Virus record (IMG/VR): IMGVR_UViG_3300020156_000023
Coordinates: 36,411 to 100,410 of that record
Length of the DNA: 64,000 bases
Source of the DNA: a virus
Reading direction: 5' to 3' (one strand)
In this document: positions 38,326 through 46,842 of the stretch, one piece after another
How the letters are laid out: every line of letters starts with the position of its first letter
How positions within the stretch are numbered: the first letter of the stretch is position 1
Notes under the pieces: generated by a model
Database searches by the model: none
The model's input: the letters and a program-made list of their open reading frames with translations, nothing else
What the model was told of the DNA's origin: nothing
Position numbers and translations under genes: made by a program

Positions 38326-38458
38326 AAAAGGTAATGTAATACTATTATAGTCTCTGAGGAATCTATGGTTTCTCAGAGACATTATAGCATTATAGAGTCC
38401 ACACTAATTACCCTCACTTATTTTTGACTTATTATTTAATCACATAATCTTATCAATC

Positions 38459-38824
38459 ATGGAAAGAGTTGAATTCAATGCAGTTGTTACAGGTGCTCCA
38501 TCACAGACTTTTAACAAGTCTAATGGAGGTAGTTATGTTCTACAGAACTGTAAAATCACCAATGCAGGGCCTTTAAAAGGTACAGTAGTTTCTGGTACAA
38601 GGACTACTAAAAATGCTAATGGGGATGAGAAAGAAGTGGTACCTGTTGGTACTGAAGTTAAACTGTTCCTTACAAGGGTGCCATCTGATACCCATGCTGG
38701 AGGTTACATGAACTTCTTTGAGATTAGTACTGGCCTAAGTGCTTCTCAGGATGAGCTTAATGCATTGCTTAATGCACATGTTGGTTCTCAGGTTGAGGGT
38801 CAGCTTGCTTCACAGCAACTATAA
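38459..38824 (+). CDS. Hypothetical beta-rich (possible OB-fold) protein
   Basis: 121 aa; has its own upstream motif and downstream terminator. Confidence 0.55.
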   Translation: MERVEFNAVVTGAPSQTFNKSNGGSYVLQNCKITNAGPLKGTVVSGTRTTKNANGDEKEVVPVGTEVKLFLTRVPSDTHAGGYMNFFEISTGLSASQDELNALLNAHVGSQVEGQLASQQL

Positions 38825-38847
38825 GCTTACTCACAATGAATGATATT

Positions 38848-38880
38848 ACAGGTAGTCTACGGACTACCTGTTTTATTTTT
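38848..38880 (+). terminator. Intrinsic terminator
   Basis: ACAGGTAGTC-tacg-GACTACCTGT plus T-tract. Confidence 0.8.
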
Positions 38881-39152
38881 GTAGAGGTTGTGATGCTACG
38901 CATCACTGGTGTACTCAGATGAGTTAAATCTCCACGTATAACTACGTTGTACAAGTTCATTCTGTATTGTTGTCACTGTGTGTATACATAGTTGTACTAC
39001 TTCACATATAACTACGTAGTTTATGTTCATTTTATATGATTTGTGTGATTTATTTTGTTTGTGTTTATGTGTAAAGGAGTACACATACTATCAAATAACA
39101 CCTAAATTCATTCTAATCAAAAACAACACTACATATATAATATAGCCAAATC

Positions 39153-39401
39153 ATGAATACAACCAAATACAGACAATCACAATCATTTACTGCTAAAGAA
39201 CAGCAAATATATGATTGGTATAGGGAATATGGTGCTAAAAATGGTCACATTTTATTAAAAGACTATATAAATAGTAGATATGTACCATTAGAACACAAGA
39301 AAGTGGCTGAAATAGCATTAAGAGATTATGAATCAGTGTTATTTGATACTTATCAATTAAATACTAAATTACATAAGAACCATGCTATAATTGATAATTA
39401 A
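39153..39401 (+). CDS. Hypothetical protein
   Basis: 82 aa ORF. Confidence 0.55.
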   Translation: MNTTKYRQSQSFTAKEQQIYDWYREYGAKNGHILLKDYINSRYVPLEHKKVAEIALRDYESVLFDTYQLNTKLHKNHAIIDN

Positions 39402-39481
39402 GCTTAAAATAGAGTGGTATAATTGGTAAAACTGCAGATAAGTCCCAATGGCCTGCTCTATTTTAAAATATAATTAAAGCA

Positions 39482-39823
39482 ATGAATATAGAATCATTAT
39501 ATCTTAGCATTTTAAATAATTTCAATAATTATATTGAAATGCTATATACTCAAGCTATGAGTAAACTCTTATCAGAGGATGTGAAAGATAGTAATAAGCT
39601 TATTAATGAAGAGCTTATTGAAAACTATTTAAAGAGAAGAGGATATGTAGCTAACTACATATTGGGTAAGAGAATCATGATAAAGGATTTCACTTGTGTA
39701 TATGTACACAATAAATATATAGAGATATGGCATGATATTCCTAATAAGTATACATCAGTGTTCATAACTCAGAGTTATCTAACCAATTTACCAATTACTC
39801 TTAACTATATGGAGAGAGTATAA
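39482..39823 (+). CDS. Hypothetical protein
   Basis: 113 aa ORF. Confidence 0.5.
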   Translation: MNIESLYLSILNNFNNYIEMLYTQAMSKLLSEDVKDSNKLINEELIENYLKRRGYVANYILGKRIMIKDFTCVYVHNKYIEIWHDIPNKYTSVFITQSYLTNLPITLNYMERV

Positions 39824-39836
39824 TAAATAAGTAATT

Positions 39837-40013
39837 ATGAATAAAAATATAAAAGCAGGACTATTAACTTTATTGTGTATATTAATATTCTTAGGTATAA
39901 TATGGTTAATGGTTAACTTTACAAAAACAATAATACTAGTTTTTGCTTTGTTGATGATATGTGTATTTATATACCTTGTATTTAATATAATAAAAAAAGA
40001 TTATTTAGATTAA
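39837..40013 (+). CDS. Small two-TM membrane protein (58 aa)
   Basis: MNKNIKAGLLTLLCILIFLG... Confidence 0.5.
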   Translation: MNKNIKAGLLTLLCILIFLGIIWLMVNFTKTIILVFALLMICVFIYLVFNIIKKDYLD

Positions 40014-40674
40014 ACTCTTGTTCAATTGCAGGTAAACTAAATCTTAGAAAGCATCACATATTAATAATGGAGTTGTTATTGGCTCAAGGTGCAACCTTGC
40101 AAGAGTTTATTAATATATTAATCCTCTAACTGAAGATAGACAGTAATACGGACTAATCTCTGGGTTATGTTGGTGCACATAAAAGTGCACATTACACTAC
40201 TGCCAAGAGTAGGTTGTTTATTGTAAGCTATTGATTAGGGCAGACAATTATTTGTGCAGTCATTCAGCTATAGATGAAGGCTTCCCTAACAAAAGTCCAC
40301 TTGGAAATGGATTGGAGGATTTTTAATAATATAGCTAAGAATTAGGTAAAAGTTCCTATAAAGAGAAGCGGACTCTTCTTAGCTTATAATATAACTCTCA
40401 TAACAGGTGTCACATCACAGCCCTGAAAGAACAGAGATACTATTATTGAACCAGTATAAACATTAAGATGTAGCTACTGAGGGGTGAGGGTAATCCATTA
40501 GGCTAAGGTAGTATCAACCCTTTATTCTAAGACTAACAGTAGTAGAGCTTATGAGAGTTTTTAATATAGAATGTAAGATGAGGAGGTAAGTAGGGGAGTA
40601 AAAAGTAAGATTGACTATCATACTATATGAGCTGAAAGGAATAAGGGGTTTAGTCAACTGTGTAGTCTTACATT
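40011..40674 (+). ncRNA. Tandem array of five candidate structured ncRNAs
   Basis: Five units, each closed by a 9-11 bp terminal stem and separated by 8-11 nt TAATAT-containing spacers; no ORF of 60 aa or more. Confidence 0.6.
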
Positions 40675-40804
40675 TTTAAATATAATTTATTAATCTTAAA
40701 AACTAAATAAAAGTGAAACAAAACAATCAAACACAGTCAGATATTGCATTACAAATACAACAAGGTATTGATAATGTTAATAATGAAATATACAATTTCT
40801 GAGT

Positions 40805-41065
40805 ATGGAAATAGTATCTATAATAATAGTAGTTCTATTTATGATAGGACTCTATACAGTATGTTTTGCTATGCCCTATACAATATATAGGTTTGAGAAA
40901 CTTCATACAATACGCATGAAGGTAATAAAACGCTCTCGTCACTTACTTCCATATATACCAGACAGAAGTAAGATTAGTTTATTTAATTTCTGGTATCCTG
41001 ATGAGGATAAGATAATGCGTATGGCAAGGCAGAAGTATAGATATCACAAACATTTAAATTCTTAA
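40805..41065 (+). CDS. Membrane-anchored hypothetical protein
   Basis: N-terminal TM segment. Confidence 0.55.
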   Translation: MEIVSIIIVVLFMIGLYTVCFAMPYTIYRFEKLHTIRMKVIKRSRHLLPYIPDRSKISLFNFWYPDEDKIMRMARQKYRYHKHLNS

Positions 41066-41068
41066 GTT

Positions 41069-41509
41069 ATGGAATATGTTAATAGAATAATAGCTGCTGA
41101 TATAGGTCGTAAAGTATCTTGTATGATACAAGGTAGAGAAGTTATGGGAGAGATTGCTTATAAGAATGGAATTTTCTATATTTTACAAGATTTTAAAGAT
41201 GGAATGAAAATCTCACCACATCTTAGAAAGGGTTATAAATATTCTTGGTGTATTGCTGATGGCTCACCAAGTAGTCTTAGAAGTAATGATGTTACGAAAC
41301 TAATCTTTCGAGATGACCATAGTGGATATCACAAAATGCCTATACCAATAGGTATGGATAGTCATTCAAGAGGATATTATATCAATAAGTGGAGAGATAT
41401 AGATATGGATAGAGCTCATATAGACAAGGATATACCTGAGAAAAATGAGCCTCAGTCCATACAATTAATGAGTAATTATGAACCTTTAATAATAAATCAA
41501 AATGAGTAG
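41069..41509 (+). CDS. Hypothetical protein
   Basis: 146 aa; GYKYSW motif. Confidence 0.6.
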   Translation: MEYVNRIIAADIGRKVSCMIQGREVMGEIAYKNGIFYILQDFKDGMKISPHLRKGYKYSWCIADGSPSSLRSNDVTKLIFRDDHSGYHKMPIPIGMDSHSRGYYINKWRDIDMDRAHIDKDIPEKNEPQSIQLMSNYEPLIINQNE

Positions 41510-41801
41510 TAGATTTTCATTTTCAGCACTATATCGTGCTACAGAAGAGGCTATGCAAGCTATAAAAGAGCCTTTTGTTTTAAACAAGAACAAAAGAGCT
41601 GTTGATTCAGCAATTGATTCAGCTGAAACCCAGAAAATAGATGCAGAAGAAAAGCTTGAAAAAGAGCTTGCTATTGTAGCTAAGGGAGAAGTTATCAATG
41701 TGAACAAAGTGCTTCAACTAAGACAGACTATCAAAAATGCTGAGCTTACAGTTGTAGAGCTTAAGGCATTCAAAGATGAGTTCTTTGCTAAGGAAGACTA
41801 A
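41502..41801 (+). CDS. Hypothetical coiled-coil protein
   Basis: 99 aa. Confidence 0.65.
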   Translation: MSSRFSFSALYRATEEAMQAIKEPFVLNKNKRAVDSAIDSAETQKIDAEEKLEKELAIVAKGEVINVNKVLQLRQTIKNAELTVVELKAFKDEFFAKED

Positions 41802-42028
41802 TGAAGAAACTCATGCTTCTAATAGTTATACTACTTATATGTAGTAGTAGCTATGCAGATAGACCTACAGATGGACCACCAGGACAAGAAGACACAAACT
41901 TTTGTGATGAACACCCTAATCATCCATTATGTGGGGGTGATGAAGCTCCAATAGATGACTATGTACTCTCAGCATTTGCTGTAATGGTATTATTTATGTC
42001 AATTTATTATCGCAGAAAGAGGGACTGA
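41801..42028 (+). CDS. Small exported protein with C-terminal PID-TM-basic anchor
   Basis: Signal peptide, then APIDDY + TM + RRKR (Bacteroidetes PID-CTERM-like). Confidence 0.55.
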   Translation: MKKLMLLIVILLICSSSYADRPTDGPPGQEDTNFCDEHPNHPLCGGDEAPIDDYVLSAFAVMVLFMSIYYRRKRD

Positions 42029-42050
42029 TTATATATTCATAAACAATAAA

Positions 42051-42224
42051 CTTAATAACTTCACAAGATATTGAGTGCACCAGTTTTCCTATTATTTACT
42101 TGGAAAAGGCTCATGATTACACACTAAAGACTCTTGTAGGTACAGTGACCAGTATGATTAAGACCAGGAAATACCTCGCGGGTTAAAAGGAATAAATAAT
42201 AGGTTTTAGGTGTAAAATACAAAC
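42051..42224 (+). ncRNA. Candidate twister-like structured RNA
   Basis: TCACAAG / TATT-GAGTG-CACC ... GGTG-TAA-AATA around an 11-bp perfect stem. Confidence 0.35.
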
Positions 42225-42398
42225 TAATTAAAGATGAATAGTATACGAGGTTCTGCTATATTATATTAAAATAATATGATATAGATATAATAGAAAATAT
42301 AAGTATAAGAGAATTTGAGGGAGTATGTATGAGTAACATCTTGTACTCCCTTTTAATACATTTCATCATCAATAATAACAATCTAAATAATTATAACA

Positions 42399-42803
42399 AT
42401 GAAAAAATTCCTATCAATTGCTATTTTATCCTTAACATTAGGATTGAATAGCTGTAGTACAGATGATTCTGCAGCTACAACAAATAATATTGTTGTTCCA
42501 GACCCTAATGAGCCTAACGAATTGAATTATACACTTCGTATTGAGGTTGACAGGGTAATGGACTACATTCGTGTAGATATTAAGAATGATGAAGGAGAAA
42601 TCCTTGAAACAGATTATGTTGAAGACCAGTGGCAATCTAATGTCATTATAAATATAGGTACCAATCTAACAATTACTATGTACTCTGAGGGTAACTATTT
42701 CTCAGGATACTATAAACTGTTAGAGGGTTCAGGGCCTATAGAAATAGAGAGCCAGGAGGTACAAGAAACCTTTCAGTTATTTACTGCAAACTTGAATTAT
42801 TAA
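42399..42803 (+). CDS. Lipoprotein
   Basis: Lipobox LNSC followed by acidic STDD. Confidence 0.7.
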   Translation: MKKFLSIAILSLTLGLNSCSTDDSAATTNNIVVPDPNEPNELNYTLRIEVDRVMDYIRVDIKNDEGEILETDYVEDQWQSNVIINIGTNLTITMYSEGNYFSGYYKLLEGSGPIEIESQEVQETFQLFTANLNY

Positions 42804-42819
42804 CTCTAAATATATAATC

Positions 42820-43224
42820 ATGGAAAAGATTCCAGTTAATGTTACCCATGGAACAGGTAACACGTATCTTGCTTTAGGCTTGCCTGACACCCCTGAGTTC
42901 AAAGAAGAACTATCTGCAAAATGTGTTGCAATCACTGATAAGTTCATTGAAGCTGCTGAGGCTGAAGATAAACAAGCTTACACCAGGTCTCACTTTGCTG
43001 AAGATATTATTAATACATTTTCTGCAGCTGAAATCCTGGTTTTTGCTATGGGCTACTTTGAAAGTACTGCTGAGCAGATAGCAAAGAAAAGAGCTATGGT
43101 ATCAGGCCTTGAAGGTGTTATGAAAACACTTGAAGAGACGTTGAAGAGCAGAGGTGTTGATGTAGAGGCCATGAAAGCCAACATTGAAAAAGAGTTGGAA
43201 GCTTCTAAAGCACAGAGTAATTAA
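42820..43224 (+). CDS. Hypothetical protein
   Basis: 134 aa. Confidence 0.65.
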   Translation: MEKIPVNVTHGTGNTYLALGLPDTPEFKEELSAKCVAITDKFIEAAEAEDKQAYTRSHFAEDIINTFSAAEILVFAMGYFESTAEQIAKKRAMVSGLEGVMKTLEETLKSRGVDVEAMKANIEKELEASKAQSN

Positions 43225-43230
43225 TTACAC

Positions 43231-43257
43231 AAAAGGGGTTAGAAATAACCCCTTTTT
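43231..43257 (+). terminator. Intrinsic (bidirectional) terminator
   Basis: AAAAGGGGTTA-gaaa-TAACCCCTTTT. Confidence 0.8.
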
Positions 43258-43271
43258 AACTACAAAAACAA

Positions 43272-43448
43272 ATGTTTAAATTTCATTTCTCATATAAAGA
43301 CCCTAATGTTATAGACAGGTTTTTCCTAAGGGGTCATAATGTATATCTATCTAAAGATGATATCATTAAAGCTATTGAGCAATTTAGGGAAGATAAGCCT
43401 GATTGTGAAATAGAGGGAATATTAAAAACAAAAATAGAAGAAAAATAA
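43272..43448 (+). CDS. Hypothetical protein (58 aa)
   Basis: MFKFHFSYKDPN...; fills the gap before the AAA gene. Confidence 0.5.
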   Translation: MFKFHFSYKDPNVIDRFFLRGHNVYLSKDDIIKAIEQFREDKPDCEIEGILKTKIEEK

Positions 43449-43450
43449 CA

Positions 43451-44707
43451 ATGGAAGAAGTCACTATGACATCAGAAGTAGCAAGAGCACGTGAGGAAGG
43501 AAAGTACTCAGGAGCTCCTGAATTTGATGTGGACAGAGTTGCTAAAGAATTAGACGGAGTATTTCAGTCAGTATTAACTGGTAAAATAAGTACTTTAGAT
43601 AATGAAGCAAAGGTCCGTGTCTCAAAGTTTGAAGAAGAACTTGATGTAGCATTAAAAGTTTATGGAAAGGAAATTCAAACTATATTTCCTGAGATTAAGC
43701 AAAGATTGCTGGATGAGGTTATTAAAGGTAGAGCAGTTATAGTATTACCAGATAGTGCTGAAGTTGCTATATCACATATGGACCATCCAGAAATGGAAAA
43801 TGTTGTGAAATCATTGCATCTTCACAATAAGGCAATGCTTGTAGGCCCTGCAGGAACAGGTAAGACTACAATGATTGGTCATATTGCAGAAAGGAAAGGT
43901 TTACCCTTCTATAAATACTCTTGTTCAAGAGATTCTTCAGTACATGACCTATTAGGTTATAAGCAACCTGCTTCAGAGACATACTTAGAGACTTCATTTC
44001 TCAGATGTTATGAAGAAGGAGGTATATTCCTCGTAGATGAGTATGATGCTATGTCAGGAGATATGGCATTGTTCTTTAATGGCATTGCTGATAACTCTAA
44101 GTTCATATCTATACCACATAGAGATGATAAGCCTACTGCTCAAAAGCATAAGGATTTCTATCTTGTGATGTGTGGTAACACATGGGGTAAAGGTTCTACT
44201 GATTATTCAGGTAGGGACTTCCAGGATATGGCACTTATGGATAGGTTCAGGTTCTGCAGACACCATATTGGATACCATCATGCTCTTGAAAGAGAGTTAA
44301 TGCAGCACAATTATCCATTTGCTGTAGCATTAAGGGGAGCTCTTGAAAAAGTAGGAAGTTATTTATCTACACGTAATGTGGAAGATATATCCAGGCTTAT
44401 TCAATGTGATGTAGACCCTAAGTCTATAGTAGCTATGGTTACTCAGGATTTATCTGAACTAGATAAACCTGTTATATTAGAGGCTGTTAAGGACATAACT
44501 ATAAGGAAAGAGAAAATAACAGTTAAGTGTGAAAAGGGTGTAGAATATGTTCTTGATAAACTTATAGCTACTTATCCTTTGAATAATCCTGCCAAATTAG
44601 CAGAGCTTAAAGCAGGTAAACCAGTTCTATACTCTAACTATCTCGAAGCTATGTCTAAGATTAATGGACTATCTCCTTCAAGAGAAGGTATCCCAACTAA
44701 ACGTTAA
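43451..44707 (+). CDS. MoxR/CobS-like AAA+ ATPase
   Basis: GPAGTGKT, FLVDEYD, CGNT.G, QDMALMDRF, STR. Confidence 0.88.
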   Translation: MEEVTMTSEVARAREEGKYSGAPEFDVDRVAKELDGVFQSVLTGKISTLDNEAKVRVSKFEEELDVALKVYGKEIQTIFPEIKQRLLDEVIKGRAVIVLPDSAEVAISHMDHPEMENVVKSLHLHNKAMLVGPAGTGKTTMIGHIAERKGLPFYKYSCSRDSSVHDLLGYKQPASETYLETSFLRCYEEGGIFLVDEYDAMSGDMALFFNGIADNSKFISIPHRDDKPTAQKHKDFYLVMCGNTWGKGSTDYSGRDFQDMALMDRFRFCRHHIGYHHALERELMQHNYPFAVALRGALEKVGSYLSTRNVEDISRLIQCDVDPKSIVAMVTQDLSELDKPVILEAVKDITIRKEKITVKCEKGVEYVLDKLIATYPLNNPAKLAELKAGKPVLYSNYLEAMSKINGLSPSREGIPTKR

Positions 44708-44709
44708 CA

Positions 44710-45543
44710 ATGGAAAAGCCAGAATTTACATATAAGCTTCTTCCTTCTGGTACACATTTGGTAAGATTTGATGAGCTTCGTGAGATATATAAGTATGATG
44801 ACCCTGATTTTAATCCTACTGGTATATCTATTAGAGAGAAAACCAAAGAGGAGTATTTAGAACGTAATAGTCAGTATCTCAAGGAAAGACATATCCTAAC
44901 TCCTAAGAAACTCAAAATCATTGATGATGCACGTAAGGATATGGAACTTGATAAAGAGTTCTTAGATTTGGTATACAAAGCTAAGTCTCATAAAAGAGCA
45001 TTTGCTATGAATAAGTTTGGAGGAAATCTCTCCATGCCACACTATTCAACAGGTGCTGAGAAGGTCTTTAAAAGAGGACAGCCTGGTGCCAAGAAGATGA
45101 CCCTTAATTTAGCTTTTCAGGTAGGTACATTTACAGGAGGTAATTATACTCAATCATTTGTGCGTATCTTAAAGACAGTACTTATGTGTCAGGCAATGAA
45201 TATACAATTAAATATTGATGTGTTTGACTCTGACGAAACAGGTATTGACAATCATGATTCTTATGTAATATGTAATGTTGCAAAGTCTCATGAAAAGTTA
45301 AATATGCGTAATATACTAGCCTCATCACATCAAGAATTCTTTAGTACTACTTTATTTAATGGATATTCTGCAGCAGGAATGCCAGGGTTTATCAGTGGTT
45401 ATCTTGACCAACATCAAATAGTACAGGATTTGGGAGAGTATTATGATGTCATAGGTGGTAATATGCTTGTCAATAAGTTTAATGATGAGCAACAAGAGTT
45501 AGTAAGTAAAATCCTTAAAATTGGCCTCTATGGAAATGGGTAA
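44710..45543 (+). CDS. Putative degenerate VWA/CobT-like partner of the AAA ATPase
   Basis: Position after the MoxR-type ATPase; alpha/beta pattern; no intact DxSxS. Confidence 0.4.
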   Translation: MEKPEFTYKLLPSGTHLVRFDELREIYKYDDPDFNPTGISIREKTKEEYLERNSQYLKERHILTPKKLKIIDDARKDMELDKEFLDLVYKAKSHKRAFAMNKFGGNLSMPHYSTGAEKVFKRGQPGAKKMTLNLAFQVGTFTGGNYTQSFVRILKTVLMCQAMNIQLNIDVFDSDETGIDNHDSYVICNVAKSHEKLNMRNILASSHQEFFSTTLFNGYSAAGMPGFISGYLDQHQIVQDLGEYYDVIGGNMLVNKFNDEQQELVSKILKIGLYGNG

Positions 45544-45820
45544 ATTGGTTATTGATAAGAGTTACTTCAAACTCTCTGGACCACAAGATGATTCTGAATC
45601 TTCAGGAAGTGGAAGCTCTGGGATACCTCAGGAATATAATCTACATGTTCTTAAGGAATTACAGAAAGCTCTTACAGAAGCCAAAGGATATGAATATTAT
45701 GATTATCCTGAAGAAGAGGGAACTGTTGTTGAGAAACATGAAATAACACATGAGGTAAAACATAGTAACTCAGAGTCTTTTAAAGTAAGACAAAAGAATA
45801 GGTGGAGAAACCTGTTTTAA
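45521..45820 (+). CDS. Hypothetical protein
   Basis: 99 aa. Confidence 0.5.
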   Translation: MASMEMGKLVIDKSYFKLSGPQDDSESSGSGSSGIPQEYNLHVLKELQKALTEAKGYEYYDYPEEEGTVVEKHEITHEVKHSNSESFKVRQKNRWRNLF

Positions 45821-45824
45821 CAAA

Positions 45825-46169
45825 ATGCAAAGAAAAAATAGCAAAGCATTCCGAGTGAACAATAGTAGCTCAAATGCACAGAAAGTACACAAAAAAGAAA
45901 ATCCTATGATAAAAGCCCTGCAGAAGGTTGCTATTATGGGAGGAACCATAACATATCTCTTTACCAGTACAACTAAAGTATGGAATGAGGATAAGAAAGA
46001 GTGGGAGCCTGTAACTACTGTAAAGTGGAGGCAACACTCTAATATTAATCCTTTAGTTTTCTATAAACTCGTGGATAACAGGAGTGTAAGAAGAACTTAC
46101 GAAGAAGTATTAGAGGTATTCCAGGATATCTCAGAGGACATGGGAGCATGTTATTTTGAGATAGGTTAA
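45825..46169 (+). CDS. Hypothetical protein
   Basis: 114 aa. Confidence 0.6.
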   Translation: MQRKNSKAFRVNNSSSNAQKVHKKENPMIKALQKVAIMGGTITYLFTSTTKVWNEDKKEWEPVTTVKWRQHSNINPLVFYKLVDNRSVRRTYEEVLEVFQDISEDMGACYFEIG

Positions 46170-46173
46170 TATT

Positions 46174-46809
46174 ATGTTTGCAGTCAAAGAAAGAAAGTAC
46201 AAGGAGTCCATAGTGGACTCCTTTTACACTGCAAATATAGATATGCCTGTAATAGCTACTATACTTGCTGGACCAAGATTTGATGAGTTAGCTACACTTG
46301 CTTACAATAGACTCAAACCCATAGAGATTAATTCTTATGAGATTGATGAGGCTGTATTTGAAAGACAGTGTTTCCAACTACAAAACCTGGTATCTCCTGA
46401 GGTTGCTGAAATATCAACACTATATTTACAGGATGTTAATAAATGCTTCGTATCCAATTTTATGGATATTGACTTAATGGGAACAATATTAACCCAGGGT
46501 AACACAATAAGACAGCTATTAGAACAGCAATCTGAATTATTGGGTACAAAAGTATTTATTGGTACATTCTCTGTAAGAAACTCTGGTGGATTAGAGTCAA
46601 CACTTAATTATATACAAAATGTAATTGGTTTAACTCTTAAATCCAGGGTATATATAGATAAAACTCAGAGAGAGAAGGAGCATTTAGGTAGGGCAGAGTA
46701 TAAACACAAGTTTAAAACTTCCACAAGAGGAAGGATTAAGGATTTTATTGTGTATTCTTACTCTGATAAGGAAGGGCCTATGGTAACATTTCGTATTGTG
46801 TATACATAA
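46174..46809 (+). CDS. Possible SAM-dependent methyltransferase-fold protein
   Basis: TILAGP, SYEID, QDV and MDIDLMG spacing suggests a Rossmann methyltransferase; weak. Confidence 0.35.
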   Translation: MFAVKERKYKESIVDSFYTANIDMPVIATILAGPRFDELATLAYNRLKPIEINSYEIDEAVFERQCFQLQNLVSPEVAEISTLYLQDVNKCFVSNFMDIDLMGTILTQGNTIRQLLEQQSELLGTKVFIGTFSVRNSGGLESTLNYIQNVIGLTLKSRVYIDKTQREKEHLGRAEYKHKFKTSTRGRIKDFIVYSYSDKEGPMVTFRIVYT

Positions 46810-46842
46810 TACAAATTGTCAAATTAAAATTGAACTGAAAAG

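Larger units (their letters stand above)
37658..38427 (+). repeat. Three copies of the 19-bp motif TACCCNNACTTATTWTTGA (37658, 37893, 38409)
   Basis: Direct comparison; each copy is intergenic and upstream of a small ORF. Confidence 0.75.

Noticed and set aside
37658-38427. CRISPR array or mini-array
   Set aside because: Only three imperfect 19-bp copies, separated by 216 and 497 nt that contain ORFs; no cas genes (the PD-(D/E)XK nuclease lacks the Cas4 Fe-S cysteines)
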